A DNA stretch of 64,000 nucleotides from Verrucomicrobiia bacterium (GCA_963664225.1 OY760937.1:1440001-1504000); one strand, 5' to 3'; positions 1-10,150 are shown, counted from the stretch's first letter. The notes: a model not told the origin generated them from the letters alone. Program-made: numbers and translations.

Positions 1-3000
1 TTGACGTATGTTAAGCCGGACAGCAGATCGTTGAGTTCGACAGGTGTCAAGGGTGCCTGGCCCGTTAGCGTGCCAGAGGTGCCACTTGCTCCGGTAAACG
101 GAATGAGCACCGACGCATTGGTGGTGACATCTGCCGGTCCGTGGATATGTGCCGCCGTGGCGGCCGCCGACAAATTGGCGTAGTCGATATCGTAGAACAT
201 CTGATCGCCAACCATTGTCAGCCAGCCATCGGCAGTGCCTGTGGTGCTGACCGCTGGCACCTCCGAGCTTCCTGACATGGCAATGGGGATGCGCAAGGGC
301 ACAACCTGTCCGCGAATTTCTCCCGCCCCGTGAGCCGGGGTGTGGATGTTTACGTAGGCCAGACCCGAAAAGATCGTGGCCAGTTCATTGGAGGTCAGTG
401 TGTGAGTCCCCGACAACACTCCGGAGGTCCCCGAGGCGCCGCTCAGAGGAAAGAGGACATTGGCGGGTTGCGTTGCATCCGCCGGACCGTGGATATGCGC
501 AGCAGCCGCATCACCCGACAAACCGGTATAGCTGATATGATAAGAGAGTTGAGTGCCTTCCAGCGAAAGGCTGCCCACCCCGGTGGCGTCAGTAACGACC
601 GCTGGCACCTCCGTGGGGCCGCTGAGGAGCACGGACAGCGGAATGACGATGTTTGTGGCCTTATCCATGACCCGGTAGAAACCGGTTGGACCGTCCTTGG
701 GCACCGTCACATAGAGACTGTGCGTCGTTAAGACATTGAACCAGTTCGTGTCAGTGAGCGCGTCTTTTCTTTGAAGCAGGTATGGTGCGGTCCCGCCCAT
801 CCAACTGATGGTCACCGCCACTCCATTATTCACCACGCTGGTGATCTTCACGGCCGGTGTGGCGGAAATGCTCCCAAACAATCCGTGATCCTCCAGGCTG
901 CCGCCTGCGGCAATTCCGGCGGTGAAGTAGAGTCGATTGGCATCGCCACCACGCCCGCCATTGCCGAACTTGAGTCCCCAAAGGCCCTGCACGGATATGG
1001 GGCTGCCATTGGGTTCGCTCAATACGCCAAGAACGGCGCCCGTGTTTGGGTCTAAGGCGTTGACGCGACCATCGCCAAAGTTTCCAATTAACAGGGCGCC
1101 GCTGAATGTTCCAAACCCCGCCGGAGCCAAAGCCATGCCCCAGGGTGAATTGAGCGACCCATTTGAAATCAACCGTTTGATCAAATTGCCCGACGTATCG
1201 AACACATCGACATATCCATTGCCGGGCCCCGGGACGTCATCGTGCGCCTGATCGTCTTGAAGGGCGTAGGTCACGTAAATAATGCCTGATATGGATTCAA
1301 TCCCAAATGGCGCATAGCCTGCGGGGATGGTGGGATCTGCGAATGTTGGCGCAATGTTGACGATGTGGCTGAAGTTGCCATCGAACACGTCCACCTTTCC
1401 ATTGTGGAAGTCCGCGGCATAGAGGAATTGGCTCCCGCCATTGTTGGCAATGGCCAGTCCTTTATAAACCGCTCCGGACGCCGAATTGTCCACCTTGATC
1501 TCGGCATTGGTTCCCGTGTTCCATCCCGATATGGTCCCATCCTCTGTGGCAAATATGAAACGGGCCGGTGTGGTGCCCACCAGGAAGTTTGTGCCCTGGT
1601 TGAAGACGATGCCCGTCGGAGAACCTGGCGGGTTGCCACCGGTGGCCGGCGGCACATCCACGATTAGCGAAAGGATTGTCCCCGCCGTGTCATAGAGAGT
1701 CGAGAATCCGGAGTGGTTGTCTGAAATCCAGAAAGGACTGCTACCGCTGATGGCTATGCCCCACGGATTGACCAGGTTTGCATCCACATGATCGGCAATG
1801 CCAGGCAGATCGGAAACCAGGTTGTGCGGTGTATAGGCTGCCGTGTCCGTGACGATCACCGTTACGGGGGCGGAAACCTTGCTGTCACCTCTTGCGTCAA
1901 CAGCCTTGGCCGTAATTTGGTAATTGCCTGCCGGCACATTGCTCCAAGTCAGGCTGAAGGGACTTGCGTTGGCCACCCCTATGGAATTCGTTCCCACAAA
2001 AAACTCCACCTGGCTGATGGTCCCGTTGGTCTCTGAAGCCGAGGCTTGGAGAGAAATGTTGGCCGGCAGAAGAAACAACGCGCCGCCGCCGGGCCGGGTG
2101 ATCTGAACCACTGGAAAACTGTTGACTTGAATCGTGACCGGTGCCGAGACAGCGCTTACCGACTGATTGTCCGTGGCTTTCGCTGTAAGAACGTGCGAAC
2201 CGACCGCCATGTTTGTGACGATCAGGCTGTAGGGCGCAGTCGATATGCTGCCGAGGGAATTGGTGCCGTCAAAAAACGCAACCGTGCTGATGCTGTTATC
2301 GGCGTTCGTCGCCGTCGCCGTTATGGTCACGTTGACTGGCGCGGTCAGCACTGCGCCATCAAGCGGATCTGTGATCGCAACCGAGGGGGCGGTGTTGGTG
2401 CCCAGCACTGTAATGGATCCATGCATGGTCAAAGGATGCTGGGTGCAATGATATGGAAAAGTCCCGGCAGTATTAAACGTAAATGGAAAGGTCTGATCCA
2501 GGCTCAGGAGTCCGGAATCCCAAACAGGCGGAATGGCATCGCTCGTGCTCGTATGCTGAATGGAATCTTTTTGCGTCCACTTCACGGTGTCGCCCACGTT
2601 GATCGTTACGGCGGACGGTACGAATGCAAATCCCTGAATCAGGACGTCATGAGTGGTGCCGGACGGTGCGCTGTTGACTTGGATGGTCACTGGCGATGAA
2701 ACACTGCTGAGGCTCTGGCTATCGGTTGCTTTGGCTGTTAGCACATGGGAACCGACCGCCATGTTCGTGACGGTCAGGCTGTAGGGCGCAGTCGAAATGC
2801 TGCCGAGGGAGTTGGAGCCATCAAAGAACTCGACCATGCTGATGGTGTTGTCGGCACTGGAGGCCGTCGCCGTCACGGTCACATTTGTGGGCGCGATTAC
2901 GATTGCTCCATCTAGCGGATCTGTGATCTGCACGGTGGGAGGGACTATCACCGCTCCCTGAACAGTGACCAATCCGTGCATGGTCGCCGCATGTGGTATG

Positions 3001-3293
3001 CAATGGTATGGAAAAGTTCCGGCCGTATTAAACGTAAATGAGAAGGTCTGATCCAGACTCAAGAACGGGGAACTCCAATCTGGCGGTGATGCATCGCTCG
3101 TGCTGGTATGCATGATGGCGTCCTTTTGAGTCCAGGTCACCGTTTCTCCCACGTTTACGGTGACATCAGCTGGCACGAACTTGAATCCTTGTATCAGGAC
3201 GGATTGATTAGCGCCATTTACGGAGGCGCTTTGGGTCAGCAGGACACATAAGGACACGGCCTGCCAGACTGCGTTCACTCGGATGGTTTTCAT
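1..3293 (-). CDS. Large secreted multidomain protein (3' partial): 2x type-1 copper cupredoxin, 3x Ig-like, TIGR03118-family domain, at least 2x CHRD
   Basis: Hand translation from the ATG at 3293 (MKTIRVNAVWQAVSLCVLL...). Domain landmarks at 1859, 938 and 638 are all in this frame, which runs off the window edge and so is absent from the ORF track. Cupredoxin ligands HTSTSD...YHCIPHAATM and HTSTSD...YHCTQHPLTM; TIGR03118-type HNLVSD..DANLVNPWGIA...SPFWISDN...LYFTAG...HGLFG; CHRD AAHIHGPA...YVNIHT...GEIRGQ. Confidence 0.85.
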   Translation of the reverse strand, partial: MKTIRVNAVWQAVSLCVLLTQSASVNGANQSVLIQGFKFVPADVTVNVGETVTWTQKDAIMHTSTSDASPPDWSSPFLSLDQTFSFTFNTAGTFPYHCIPHAATMHGLVTVQGAVIVPPTVQITDPLDGAIVIAPTNVTVTATASSADNTISMVEFFDGSNSLGSISTAPYSLTVTNMAVGSHVLTAKATDSQSLSSVSSPVTIQVNSAPSGTTHDVLIQGFAFVPSAVTINVGDTVKWTQKDSIQHTSTSDAIPPVWDSGLLSLDQTFPFTFNTAGTFPYHCTQHPLTMHGSITVLGTNTAPSVAITDPLDGAVLTAPVNVTITATATNADNSISTVAFFDGTNSLGSISTAPYSLIVTNMAVGSHVLTAKATDNQSVSAVSAPVTIQVNSFPVVQITRPGGGALFLLPANISLQASASETNGTISQVEFFVGTNSIGVANASPFSLTWSNVPAGNYQITAKAVDARGDSKVSAPVTVIVTDTAAYTPHNLVSDLPGIADHVDANLVNPWGIAISGSSPFWISDNHSGFSTLYDTAGTILSLIVDVPPATGGNPPGSPTGIVFNQGTNFLVGTTPARFIFATEDGTISGWNTGTNAEIKVDNSASGAVYKGLAIANNGGSQFLYAADFHNGKVDVFDGNFSHIVNIAPTFADPTIPAGYAPFGIESISGIIYVTYALQDDQAHDDVPGPGNGYVDVFDTSGNLIKRLISNGSLNSPWGMALAPAGFGTFSGALLIGNFGDGRVNALDPNTGAVLGVLSEPNGSPISVQGLWGLKFGNGGRGGDANRLYFTAGIAAGGSLEDHGLFGSISATPAVKITSVVNNGVAVTISWMGGTAPYLLQRKDALTDTNWFNVLTTHSLYVTVPKDGPTGFYRVMDKATNIVIPLSVLLSGPTEVPAVVTDATGVGSLSLEGTQLSYHISYTGLSGDAAAAHIHGPADATQPANVLFPLSGASGTSGVLSGTHTLTSNELATIFSGLAYVNIHTPAHGAGEIRGQVVPLRIPIAMSGSSEVPAVSTTGTADGWLTMVGDQMFYDIDYANLSAAATAAHIHGPADVTTNASVLIPFTGASGTSGTLTGQAPLTPVELNDLLSGLTYV

Positions 3294-3343
3294 AGTCAAT
3301 TTATGTTTGTGTGGTCACTGGTGATTCTCCTTCACCACGAACA

Positions 3344-3372
3344 TAAGAAGCTCGAAACACACTTTTGTTCCC
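3344..3372 (-). promoter_or_regulatory. Putative ECF sigma promoter of the cupredoxin gene
   Basis: GGGAAC-N17-TTCTTA on the minus strand, same elements and spacing as the motif upstream of the ECF sigma gene. Confidence 0.65.
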
Positions 3373-3586
3373 GAGTTCGCAATTCTTTATCAACCCGCGA
3401 CGAATGTTTTTAGTATTACGTAACATCTTTAACATGAGCTGTTTGTGGCAATCTTGAAGCGATGAACCTGTCGCATGGTTGAAAAATAATGATAAGAATA
3501 ATGCAATGTATTCATAAAATGATATAATGCTACGATACCGGGAAATAACCGGGCTTTTGGATCAGTGTAAAAATTCCGGGGACTCC

Positions 3587-3615
3587 GGGAACATTTTGGA
3601 CACTGAGGTTTCTTA
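3587..3615 (+). promoter_or_regulatory. Putative autoregulatory ECF sigma promoter
   Basis: GGGAAC-N17-TTCTTA ending 17 nt before the sigma ATG at 3633; GGAAC is the classic ECF -35 element. Confidence 0.65.
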
Positions 3616-3632
3616 CTTGCGATGACACGATT

Positions 3633-4163
3633 ATGGCTTCCGACCTGGATTTTGAAGAGCTGGTTAATCTCTATTATCAGCCACTTTATAGATTTGCACT
3701 GAGTCTTACCCGGGCCGAAACCGATGCGTGCGATCTGACTCAACAGACCTTTTATGTTTATCAGACTAAGGGAAACCAATTGCGAGACCACGCAAAAGTC
3801 AAAGCGTGGCTCTTTACGACCATGCAGCGGGAATTTTTAAATTCGAAACGACGTTTTATACGCTTTCCGCATCTGTCGCTGGAGCAAATGGATGGAGAAC
3901 TGGCCTCGACGGATTCTGAAGTCTTCGAGCATCTGGATACTGAAACCGTGCTCGAGGCCCTCGCCAAAGTCGATGAGCCTCATCATGCGGCATTGGCCCT
4001 ATTCTATCTTGAAGATTATTCCTACAAGGAAATAACCGAAATATTGGGCATTCCCATTGGAACCGTTAAATCCCGCCTGGCACGGGGCATCTCGCAACTG
4101 CGTCAATTCCTCACCGAGGTTAATACCCTGTCTTCACCTGCAGCAAGGAAACAAAATGAATAA
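3633..4163 (+). CDS. ECF RNA polymerase sigma-70 factor
   Basis: Region 2 (LYRFALSL...DACDLTQQTF...AWLFT) and region 4 (YSYKEITEILGIPIGTVKSRLARG). Confidence 0.92.
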   Translation: MASDLDFEELVNLYYQPLYRFALSLTRAETDACDLTQQTFYVYQTKGNQLRDHAKVKAWLFTTMQREFLNSKRRFIRFPHLSLEQMDGELASTDSEVFEHLDTETVLEALAKVDEPHHAALALFYLEDYSYKEITEILGIPIGTVKSRLARGISQLRQFLTEVNTLSSPAARKQNE

Positions 4164-4893
4164 TCTGGAGGCCATGGAAACGCTCAGATCTTACCGGGCC
4201 GGTGTGGATGATGACAACGATCCGGATATTTCGAGGGCCTTGGCGCAGGTTCGGCAGGATTCCGAGTTGGAGCGGTGGTTTGAACAGCATCGGGCCTTCA
4301 ACAGCCGGGTGAAGGATCAACTGCGCAAGATTGAACCTCCACTGGGCCTGAGAGAAAAAATTCTTGCCGGCCGGTTGCCTTCAAAAGTGGTGGTGGTGTG
4401 GTGGAGACGCCCGGAGTTGCTGGCCATGGCAGCCGCTGTGGTCCTGTTGATCAGTCTGACCGGTTTCCTGATTTCCTCCGCCAATCACAACACTCTGAAC
4501 GTTTACCGCGCCCGCATGGCCAAGTTCGCCCTGCGCGAATATCGAATGAATCTGGTCACCAATGATTTGACACAAATTCGCAACTATCTTGCCGGGCATG
4601 GTTCGCCAGCGGATTACACGTTAAACCCAGCTCTGGAAAAATTGCCGGGTGCGGGTTGCGCCCTGCTCAAATGGCAGAACCAGCCGGTATCGCTCATCTG
4701 CTTTCGCCTCGAACACGATGATTTGCTGTGGCTGTTTGTTGTCAATCGCGCTGCAGTCCCCGGCGCCCCGGCCACCACCGCACCTCAGCTTCAGCAGGTG
4801 GGCAAGCTTGCCACTGCGACTTGGAGCCGCCAGGGCACAACCTATCTCCTCGGCGTGATTGGCGATCGACAATCCATCGAAAAGTACTTGTGA
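4156..4893 (+). CDS. Putative membrane-anchored anti-sigma factor
   Basis: Overlaps the sigma stop codon; N-terminal cytoplasmic region, one TM helix (LLAMAAAVVLLISLTGFLI), extracytoplasmic domain with GC...W...VSLICF. Confidence 0.75.
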   Translation: MNNLEAMETLRSYRAGVDDDNDPDISRALAQVRQDSELERWFEQHRAFNSRVKDQLRKIEPPLGLREKILAGRLPSKVVVVWWRRPELLAMAAAVVLLISLTGFLISSANHNTLNVYRARMAKFALREYRMNLVTNDLTQIRNYLAGHGSPADYTLNPALEKLPGAGCALLKWQNQPVSLICFRLEHDDLLWLFVVNRAAVPGAPATTAPQLQQVGKLATATWSRQGTTYLLGVIGDRQSIEKYL

Positions 4894-5019
4894 CGATTTA
4901 CGGATCGGTTGCACGTCAAAAGTGGTGGGGAATGCGGATCAACTTTGAAACCGGTCTAAAGTCCTCCGTGTTCGGCCTTGGTGGGCGCGACCATGAATTA
5001 ATCTGAATGAAAACGAAAT

Positions 5020-5472
5020 ATGCTTATGAAAAAACAAAAACTTGGAACTAATGTCCGTCTACAACGGTCTGCCGCCTTGCCGCTGGGACCCATCCTGATC
5101 TTTTGCCTGGCGATCGGCCTGCATATGGGCAAGGCTGCGGAACCCGATCTCAGCAAACTGCCTCCTGCGTTGGACAAGAAGGGGATCACTTTCGAAAAGG
5201 ACATTCGCCCCATCCTTGCAAAGAATTGCATCCGGTGCCATGGAGAGAAGAACCCCAAGGGCAAGCTGCGACTTGACAGCTTGGAAGCGGCTCTGAAGGG
5301 TGGGGAGGATGGCAAGGTCATTGAAGTCGGCAACGGTGCCAAAAGCCCGATTGTTCAGTTCACCGCCCGCTTGAATGAAGACGACGCCATGCCGCCAACG
5401 AACAAGGGAAACCCGCTCACCAGAGAACAGGTGGCATTGCTGCGCGCCTGGATCGATCAGGGGGCCAAATAA
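5020..5472 (+). CDS. Planctomycete-type cytochrome c domain protein
   Basis: Signal peptide; FEKDIRPILAKN-CIRCH, LRLDS, MPP and WIDQGA motifs. Confidence 0.88.
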   Translation: MLMKKQKLGTNVRLQRSAALPLGPILIFCLAIGLHMGKAAEPDLSKLPPALDKKGITFEKDIRPILAKNCIRCHGEKNPKGKLRLDSLEAALKGGEDGKVIEVGNGAKSPIVQFTARLNEDDAMPPTNKGNPLTREQVALLRAWIDQGAK

Positions 5473-5476
5473 TGGC

Positions 5477-6412
5477 TTATTGATCGACGCTCATGTGTTC
5501 GCCAACCCATTGAAAATCGTCCAATTCGTTCGATGGGATCGGTATCGGCAATGGTGCTGCATCAGGCTGGTTGGCCGGGCGGGAGAGGGCGTATTTCCAA
5601 TGGTGTTTCTCCGCATGGCCGTCCGCAAAAGAAAAATTGGCGGCCCCATTATGATAGGACGCTGGCAAATGAACCCACTCCAACTCGTCTGAATTAATGT
5701 AAAAATACCCATCTCCGATGCTGTCGGGGTGTTCGTCCAGGATGACAAAGATCGAGGTGGGTTTGGGAATATCGGACATCACCATGAACTGCCTGTAACC
5801 CGGATTGAGTATGTTGCCTCCATTCTGCACATTCGGCCCAGCATCGCCCACCATGGCGTTCATTGAAACGCTGCGAACACGCGAGGACCATCCCGCCTGC
5901 CGCTGTATGGAACTCAGGACCTTGTCAGCCGGGCATTGGAAGATGTCCGGCGAACGGCCCAGATAGGGGCTTAGCGGGCTTTGGACCATGAAGAGGGTGT
6001 TGGTATTATCCGGGTCCAATTCCCACGTCATCACATTGTTCACCCAGTTCTTTTCCCGGTTGGCAGGGGGAATCCGCTGCCGCCGATCCAGTCCCAGGTT
6101 ATACACCAGTCGGTCGTTACTATCTGCCGCATAAAGAGTCCATGAAAACAGGAGCTGTTTGGTATTGTTTAAACAGGCAATGCCTCTTGCCTGGGCCTTG
6201 GATTTGGCCAAAACAGGCAACAAAAGTGACGCCAGAATGGCAATGATCGCAATGACGACCAGCAACTCAATCAATGTGAAGCCTTCGCCGCGATTTGACA
6301 CCCTGACTCGGCGCAGGCTGGACCGTGCGGTGGATGAACGCGTAAGCAGAACATCTAAAGCATTCCATGTTGTTCTCTTATGCAGCAGGATTTTCACAGA
6401 AACAACCACCAT
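5477..6412 (-). CDS. Prepilin-type N-terminal cleavage/methylation protein with C-terminal H-X9-DG motif
   Basis: [23 protein letters not shown] and [15 protein letters not shown]; start codon uncertain. Confidence 0.9.
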   Translation of the reverse strand: MVVVSVKILLHKRTTWNALDVLLTRSSTARSSLRRVRVSNRGEGFTLIELLVVIAIIAILASLLLPVLAKSKAQARGIACLNNTKQLLFSWTLYAADSNDRLVYNLGLDRRQRIPPANREKNWVNNVMTWELDPDNTNTLFMVQSPLSPYLGRSPDIFQCPADKVLSSIQRQAGWSSRVRSVSMNAMVGDAGPNVQNGGNILNPGYRQFMVMSDIPKPTSIFVILDEHPDSIGDGYFYINSDELEWVHLPASYHNGAANFSFADGHAEKHHWKYALSRPANQPDAAPLPIPIPSNELDDFQWVGEHMSVDQ

Positions 6413-6529
6413 TACTAAACATCACCATTCATTGGGTGTCAAATGGCCGCCCGACTCTTCTCCGCGGGATCGAAACCGCGTTGAGAGCAGGGGACTGCCG
6501 CGCTAAACACGAAGATGCCTGCGGGAAGG

Positions 6530-7405
6530 TTACTTGGACGCACCGGTTGCCTTGAGCAATTCACTGACCAACAAATCTGTGGTATCGCCTCCAAACCGCC
6601 ACAAAGTTCGCAGCTGGCCATTGTTGTCAAATACAGCCGTGGCAAAATCGTGGGAATAGGAACCCCCGTCATTCGTGATTGAAACGCCAAACCCGCGGGC
6701 CAATTCCCGTATATGCTCCGGGTTTCCCGTCAGGAAACTCCAATGATTCGAAGCGTAGTGGTACTGATTTCCATAGGCCCGCAGGACATCAGGCCGGTCC
6801 ATCGGATCGAACGAAACGGAAAGCAACTGCCAATTCGTCGGCCCGTTGGTCATGGCCGTGAGTTTTTCACTCGCGCCCTCGAAATTCTTGGATAACCGCG
6901 GACAGAATTCCGGCAACGGGCAGCGCGTGAAGAAGAAAGTCAGCGCAACTGCTTTGCCCTTATAACCATGCAAACTGACCGGTTGGTTGAATTCATTGGT
7001 CAGCGCGAAGTCCGGAATATTGGTAATGCTGAACGTTCGATTGGATTGGGTCTGCGAATCCTGGAGCGGGGACTTCGCCAGGGCGGGAAAAGTTTTTCCG
7101 GTTTTGGTCACATGGTCGATCCAGCTTTCGTTTTCAGTAACCAGCAGACGAAAATTGACTTCATCGCCTGCCGCCACACCCGCCAAATCCTGCGGCTGTT
7201 TCACCACAAACGGCATCGTCATGGCGGCCATGTAGTTAGAAACCGCTTCATGCTTGATCACAGCAGTCATGCCATCGGGTTTTAACTGCACGACGACGCC
7301 CCTGGCCTGGAACACACGCGGATTGGAACCGGACTCTGATTCCTTCTGGCAGGAAACCGCAAGTGTCAACAACACGATCAGTGCGAGGATGGAGAATTTG
7401 TTCAT
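6530..7405 (-). CDS. SCO-family copper chaperone lipoprotein with N-terminal CusF-like copper-binding domain
   Basis: Lipobox-like LAVSC; IKHEAVSNYMAAMTMPF (CusF-like His/Met); FFTRCPLPEFCP; SHDF His. Confidence 0.88.
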   Translation of the reverse strand: MNKFSILALIVLLTLAVSCQKESESGSNPRVFQARGVVVQLKPDGMTAVIKHEAVSNYMAAMTMPFVVKQPQDLAGVAAGDEVNFRLLVTENESWIDHVTKTGKTFPALAKSPLQDSQTQSNRTFSITNIPDFALTNEFNQPVSLHGYKGKAVALTFFFTRCPLPEFCPRLSKNFEGASEKLTAMTNGPTNWQLLSVSFDPMDRPDVLRAYGNQYHYASNHWSFLTGNPEHIRELARGFGVSITNDGGSYSHDFATAVFDNNGQLRTLWRFGGDTTDLLVSELLKATGASK

Positions 7406-7783
7406 AACATCATGCGCCCGTTTAGCTTAAGAGGATTCTTCGAAATCCGAAAGGCTCATCAGTTCAGAGTTCCCTGCATGCTTTTCCAAGGCGATTTCCA
7501 TCTCGGAAACCGTTGCAATATATCACATCTTTCGCATCGTTCCTGACAAAATACTTTATACCGCAAGGAGTGTATTTTTGCGTTCAACCGGTTGACCGCG
7601 GGTTGAATGCTGGTCAACCGGGTTGATTTCAGGAAACGAGAGACAATAGACGAAGACTTATTGGAAGAGGAGAGAATGTGAGGAAGAAGGGGAAGGGGGG
7701 AATTGACGGAACTTCTCAAATAACCATCATTGGCGGAGCAGGTTGAGAGGGTCAGGAAAAGAGACTGGCGATATTGGGCACTT

Positions 7784-9199
7784 TTAAGTCCTGACTGTCG
7801 CCGAATCGTCGCTGGAAACCGTGGAATCCTCGATGGAATCTACTCCTTCGTCCGCGGTGGATTCCGACGTGGGTTCTTCAAGAGGCGGCTGGTAAATCAT
7901 CGGCCACATAGCGATGCCCAAGAGAATATAGATGAATGCCGTCGGCGTGTATCCATTGGTCATAATGGCCACGAGAGCGATCCAGCAACTCATCGTGGCA
8001 AAGGCGCAGAAAGGGCGAAGTTCCGGAGCGTTTTTAAGTTCCTTCGAATTCTTCCCAGTCAAATCACCCATGCCCGCCCAAGCGAGAATCAAACAAGCCA
8101 GGAGTCCACCAGGAACTCCATGAATGACAGCCATTGAATACGGGCCTATGTGTGGCATATAGCCATCGGTGGCTTCAAGCGCCGAATCGAAGTCTCCCCA
8201 ACCAAGCAGCGGACTGGCCATGATCGCGCCAACGCCGTTTCGCATGGCTGCGATTCGATAGTCCTCGGTTATCTGATAATTTCTCAACTGAACAAACCGG
8301 CCCCAGAGCGGGTCATCCTCCGGGATCATATCGACCAACTGGGTGCCAACGATCAGAATGCCGCACAGGCCAATTCCGAGCATAATGAATCGCATCGGCC
8401 CTTGTGCATTGAGAAAATAGACGAGTATTCCAAAGGCAAGGCCAATCATCACCCCGCGGGATGCGCTGACTCCCAAAAGGTAGGAGCCGACCAGAATCAA
8501 GGCAACGCCGGCCGTCACGGACACCACTTTTTTTGCAGCAGCCTGCCCGAGCGTGCCGATCAGAAGAGCCAGGCCCGCCGCAATTCCAACCGCCGCATGG
8601 ACCGCCATGGAGATGGTGCTCATAAATTGGCCGGGAACGCGCGCGCCCACAACTTCAGACTCCCTTAAGAAGCCGGATAAATTGCGCTCCACTTCTCCCG
8701 CATCCTCAATTTTAACAAGGAATCCGTTTAACACGCTGTCCGGTCTTGCGATGACGTAAAGGCTCAAACAAAATTGAATGACGAGCATTCCCCCAAAGCA
8801 CATCCAGGCCCGCCGGTCCCACAAATACACCAGCACGATAATAAGTGTCAAAGGACCGACCGATGCCGTGTCGTTTCCCACACCATAATAATGCCCGCGG
8901 ACCCCCAAGGAAGTTCGAATCAAAAAGAACATCACAAGACAAACCACGGCGACGCGCCAGGCAAATTTTCCGCCGTCGTCATTGTTTCTGTTCTGGTGGA
9001 GTTGCTTTAGCGAGGTCAATACTCCTCCCAGCAGCCCGCCCCACACCATGCTACATGTGTATTGGCTGTATGGCACTGCTGTCGCGGTGCCCACCGTGCT
9101 CCCCGGATCCAAAAAAATGAACAGCATTAAAGCCAGTGGTGGATACAGAAGTCGCCACGAAAGCAAAGCACACAATATAGTGATGGCAAAAGTCAGCAT
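7784..9199 (-). CDS. O-antigen ligase/polymerase (Wzy_C)-like membrane protein
   Basis: Many TM helices, SASRG motif, R..AM.......SPLLGWG and PH motif; last gene of the polysaccharide operon. Confidence 0.7.
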   Translation of the reverse strand: MLTFAITILCALLSWRLLYPPLALMLFIFLDPGSTVGTATAVPYSQYTCSMVWGGLLGGVLTSLKQLHQNRNNDDGGKFAWRVAVVCLVMFFLIRTSLGVRGHYYGVGNDTASVGPLTLIIVLVYLWDRRAWMCFGGMLVIQFCLSLYVIARPDSVLNGFLVKIEDAGEVERNLSGFLRESEVVGARVPGQFMSTISMAVHAAVGIAAGLALLIGTLGQAAAKKVVSVTAGVALILVGSYLLGVSASRGVMIGLAFGILVYFLNAQGPMRFIMLGIGLCGILIVGTQLVDMIPEDDPLWGRFVQLRNYQITEDYRIAAMRNGVGAIMASPLLGWGDFDSALEATDGYMPHIGPYSMAVIHGVPGGLLACLILAWAGMGDLTGKNSKELKNAPELRPFCAFATMSCWIALVAIMTNGYTPTAFIYILLGIAMWPMIYQPPLEEPTSESTADEGVDSIEDSTVSSDDSATVRT

Positions 9200-9220
9200 T
9201 TAATTAACTTGAAAGTCAGT

Positions 9221-10081
9221 TCAGGACCTAAAATGATCAACCGACTTATTGAGCCGGTTAATCAGGCGCATTCCATGCCAATGAATCGCATTGCGAACGC
9301 GTGTGCCAAAAGGCAAAGGCATGGGAGGATGGAGCAGTGCCTCGTCAGTAAAACCCCGCCGGCTAAAGTCCACGATGATTCCGTGCTGCTTAAAGAGATC
9401 GACCACGCTTCCACGATCCCATTTTCCACGAACAATTCCACCTCCTGGGTCAAACGGATATATCAACCTTCCTTCCGGCCGGAAAATGTGCCGATTAACC
9501 GTCAAAATGCGATTGGTCGTTCGACGCGCGCGCCAATGGCTTTTTTCCTCAAAATCCCATGCAGTGTCGCAGGGTTTGATCTGTTTCAGTAATTCCTTCC
9601 GATTCCATAAACCGGGCAGCAAAGAGAATCGATAACGGGCCTGACGATCCACTTCCCATAAGAGCGGATACTCGGTCAGGTGGAAGGGACCATGGCTGCT
9701 GCGTGGACACAGGCCTATGTGCATTGTGGATTCATGCGTCCAGCTCCTCTCCGCCATATAACCCGCAAACTCTTCGATAAGCTTCTCATCTACAGCGCTT
9801 GTCAGAAAGAAGTCATCCTGCAGATAGAGAACCGTGCCACTCTTGATTGCATCAAGGCTTTTGATCATGCGCCTCCCCCAAGCCGTCGGTCCTCCCTTCA
9901 TGATCCCGGTATTGAAACACTGCATGGGAAGACCCGGATACGAAAACCGCTTGGTCTCGGTGACTAAAATAATTGGGTAATGGCAATCAGGCCAATACGT
10001 GCTGAAGAGTTTGAAAAATGGCTCCCAAGTGTCCTCGGCTCCATCATAGGAACTAACAATTATGGTGATGTCAGGCTTCAT
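9221..10081 (-). CDS. Putative glycosyltransferase (GT-A-like)
   Basis: ITIIVSSYD...W.PFF.LF..YW, LYLQDDFF (DxD-like), AWDFE; operon context. Confidence 0.65.
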   Translation of the reverse strand: MKPDITIIVSSYDGAEDTWEPFFKLFSTYWPDCHYPIILVTETKRFSYPGLPMQCFNTGIMKGGPTAWGRRMIKSLDAIKSGTVLYLQDDFFLTSAVDEKLIEEFAGYMAERSWTHESTMHIGLCPRSSHGPFHLTEYPLLWEVDRQARYRFSLLPGLWNRKELLKQIKPCDTAWDFEEKSHWRARRTTNRILTVNRHIFRPEGRLIYPFDPGGGIVRGKWDRGSVVDLFKQHGIIVDFSRRGFTDEALLHPPMPLPFGTRVRNAIHWHGMRLINRLNKSVDHFRS

Positions 10082-10150
10082 AACGACCGCCAATATCAGG
10101 TGGGTGCAGGACAAATTTCGTCGGCAAGATGACATGGTCTATAAATGAAA

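Noticed and set aside
1..3003. Many short ORFs in the track over 1-3 kb
   Set aside because: They are shadow or alternative frames of the long minus-strand cupredoxin/CHRD gene
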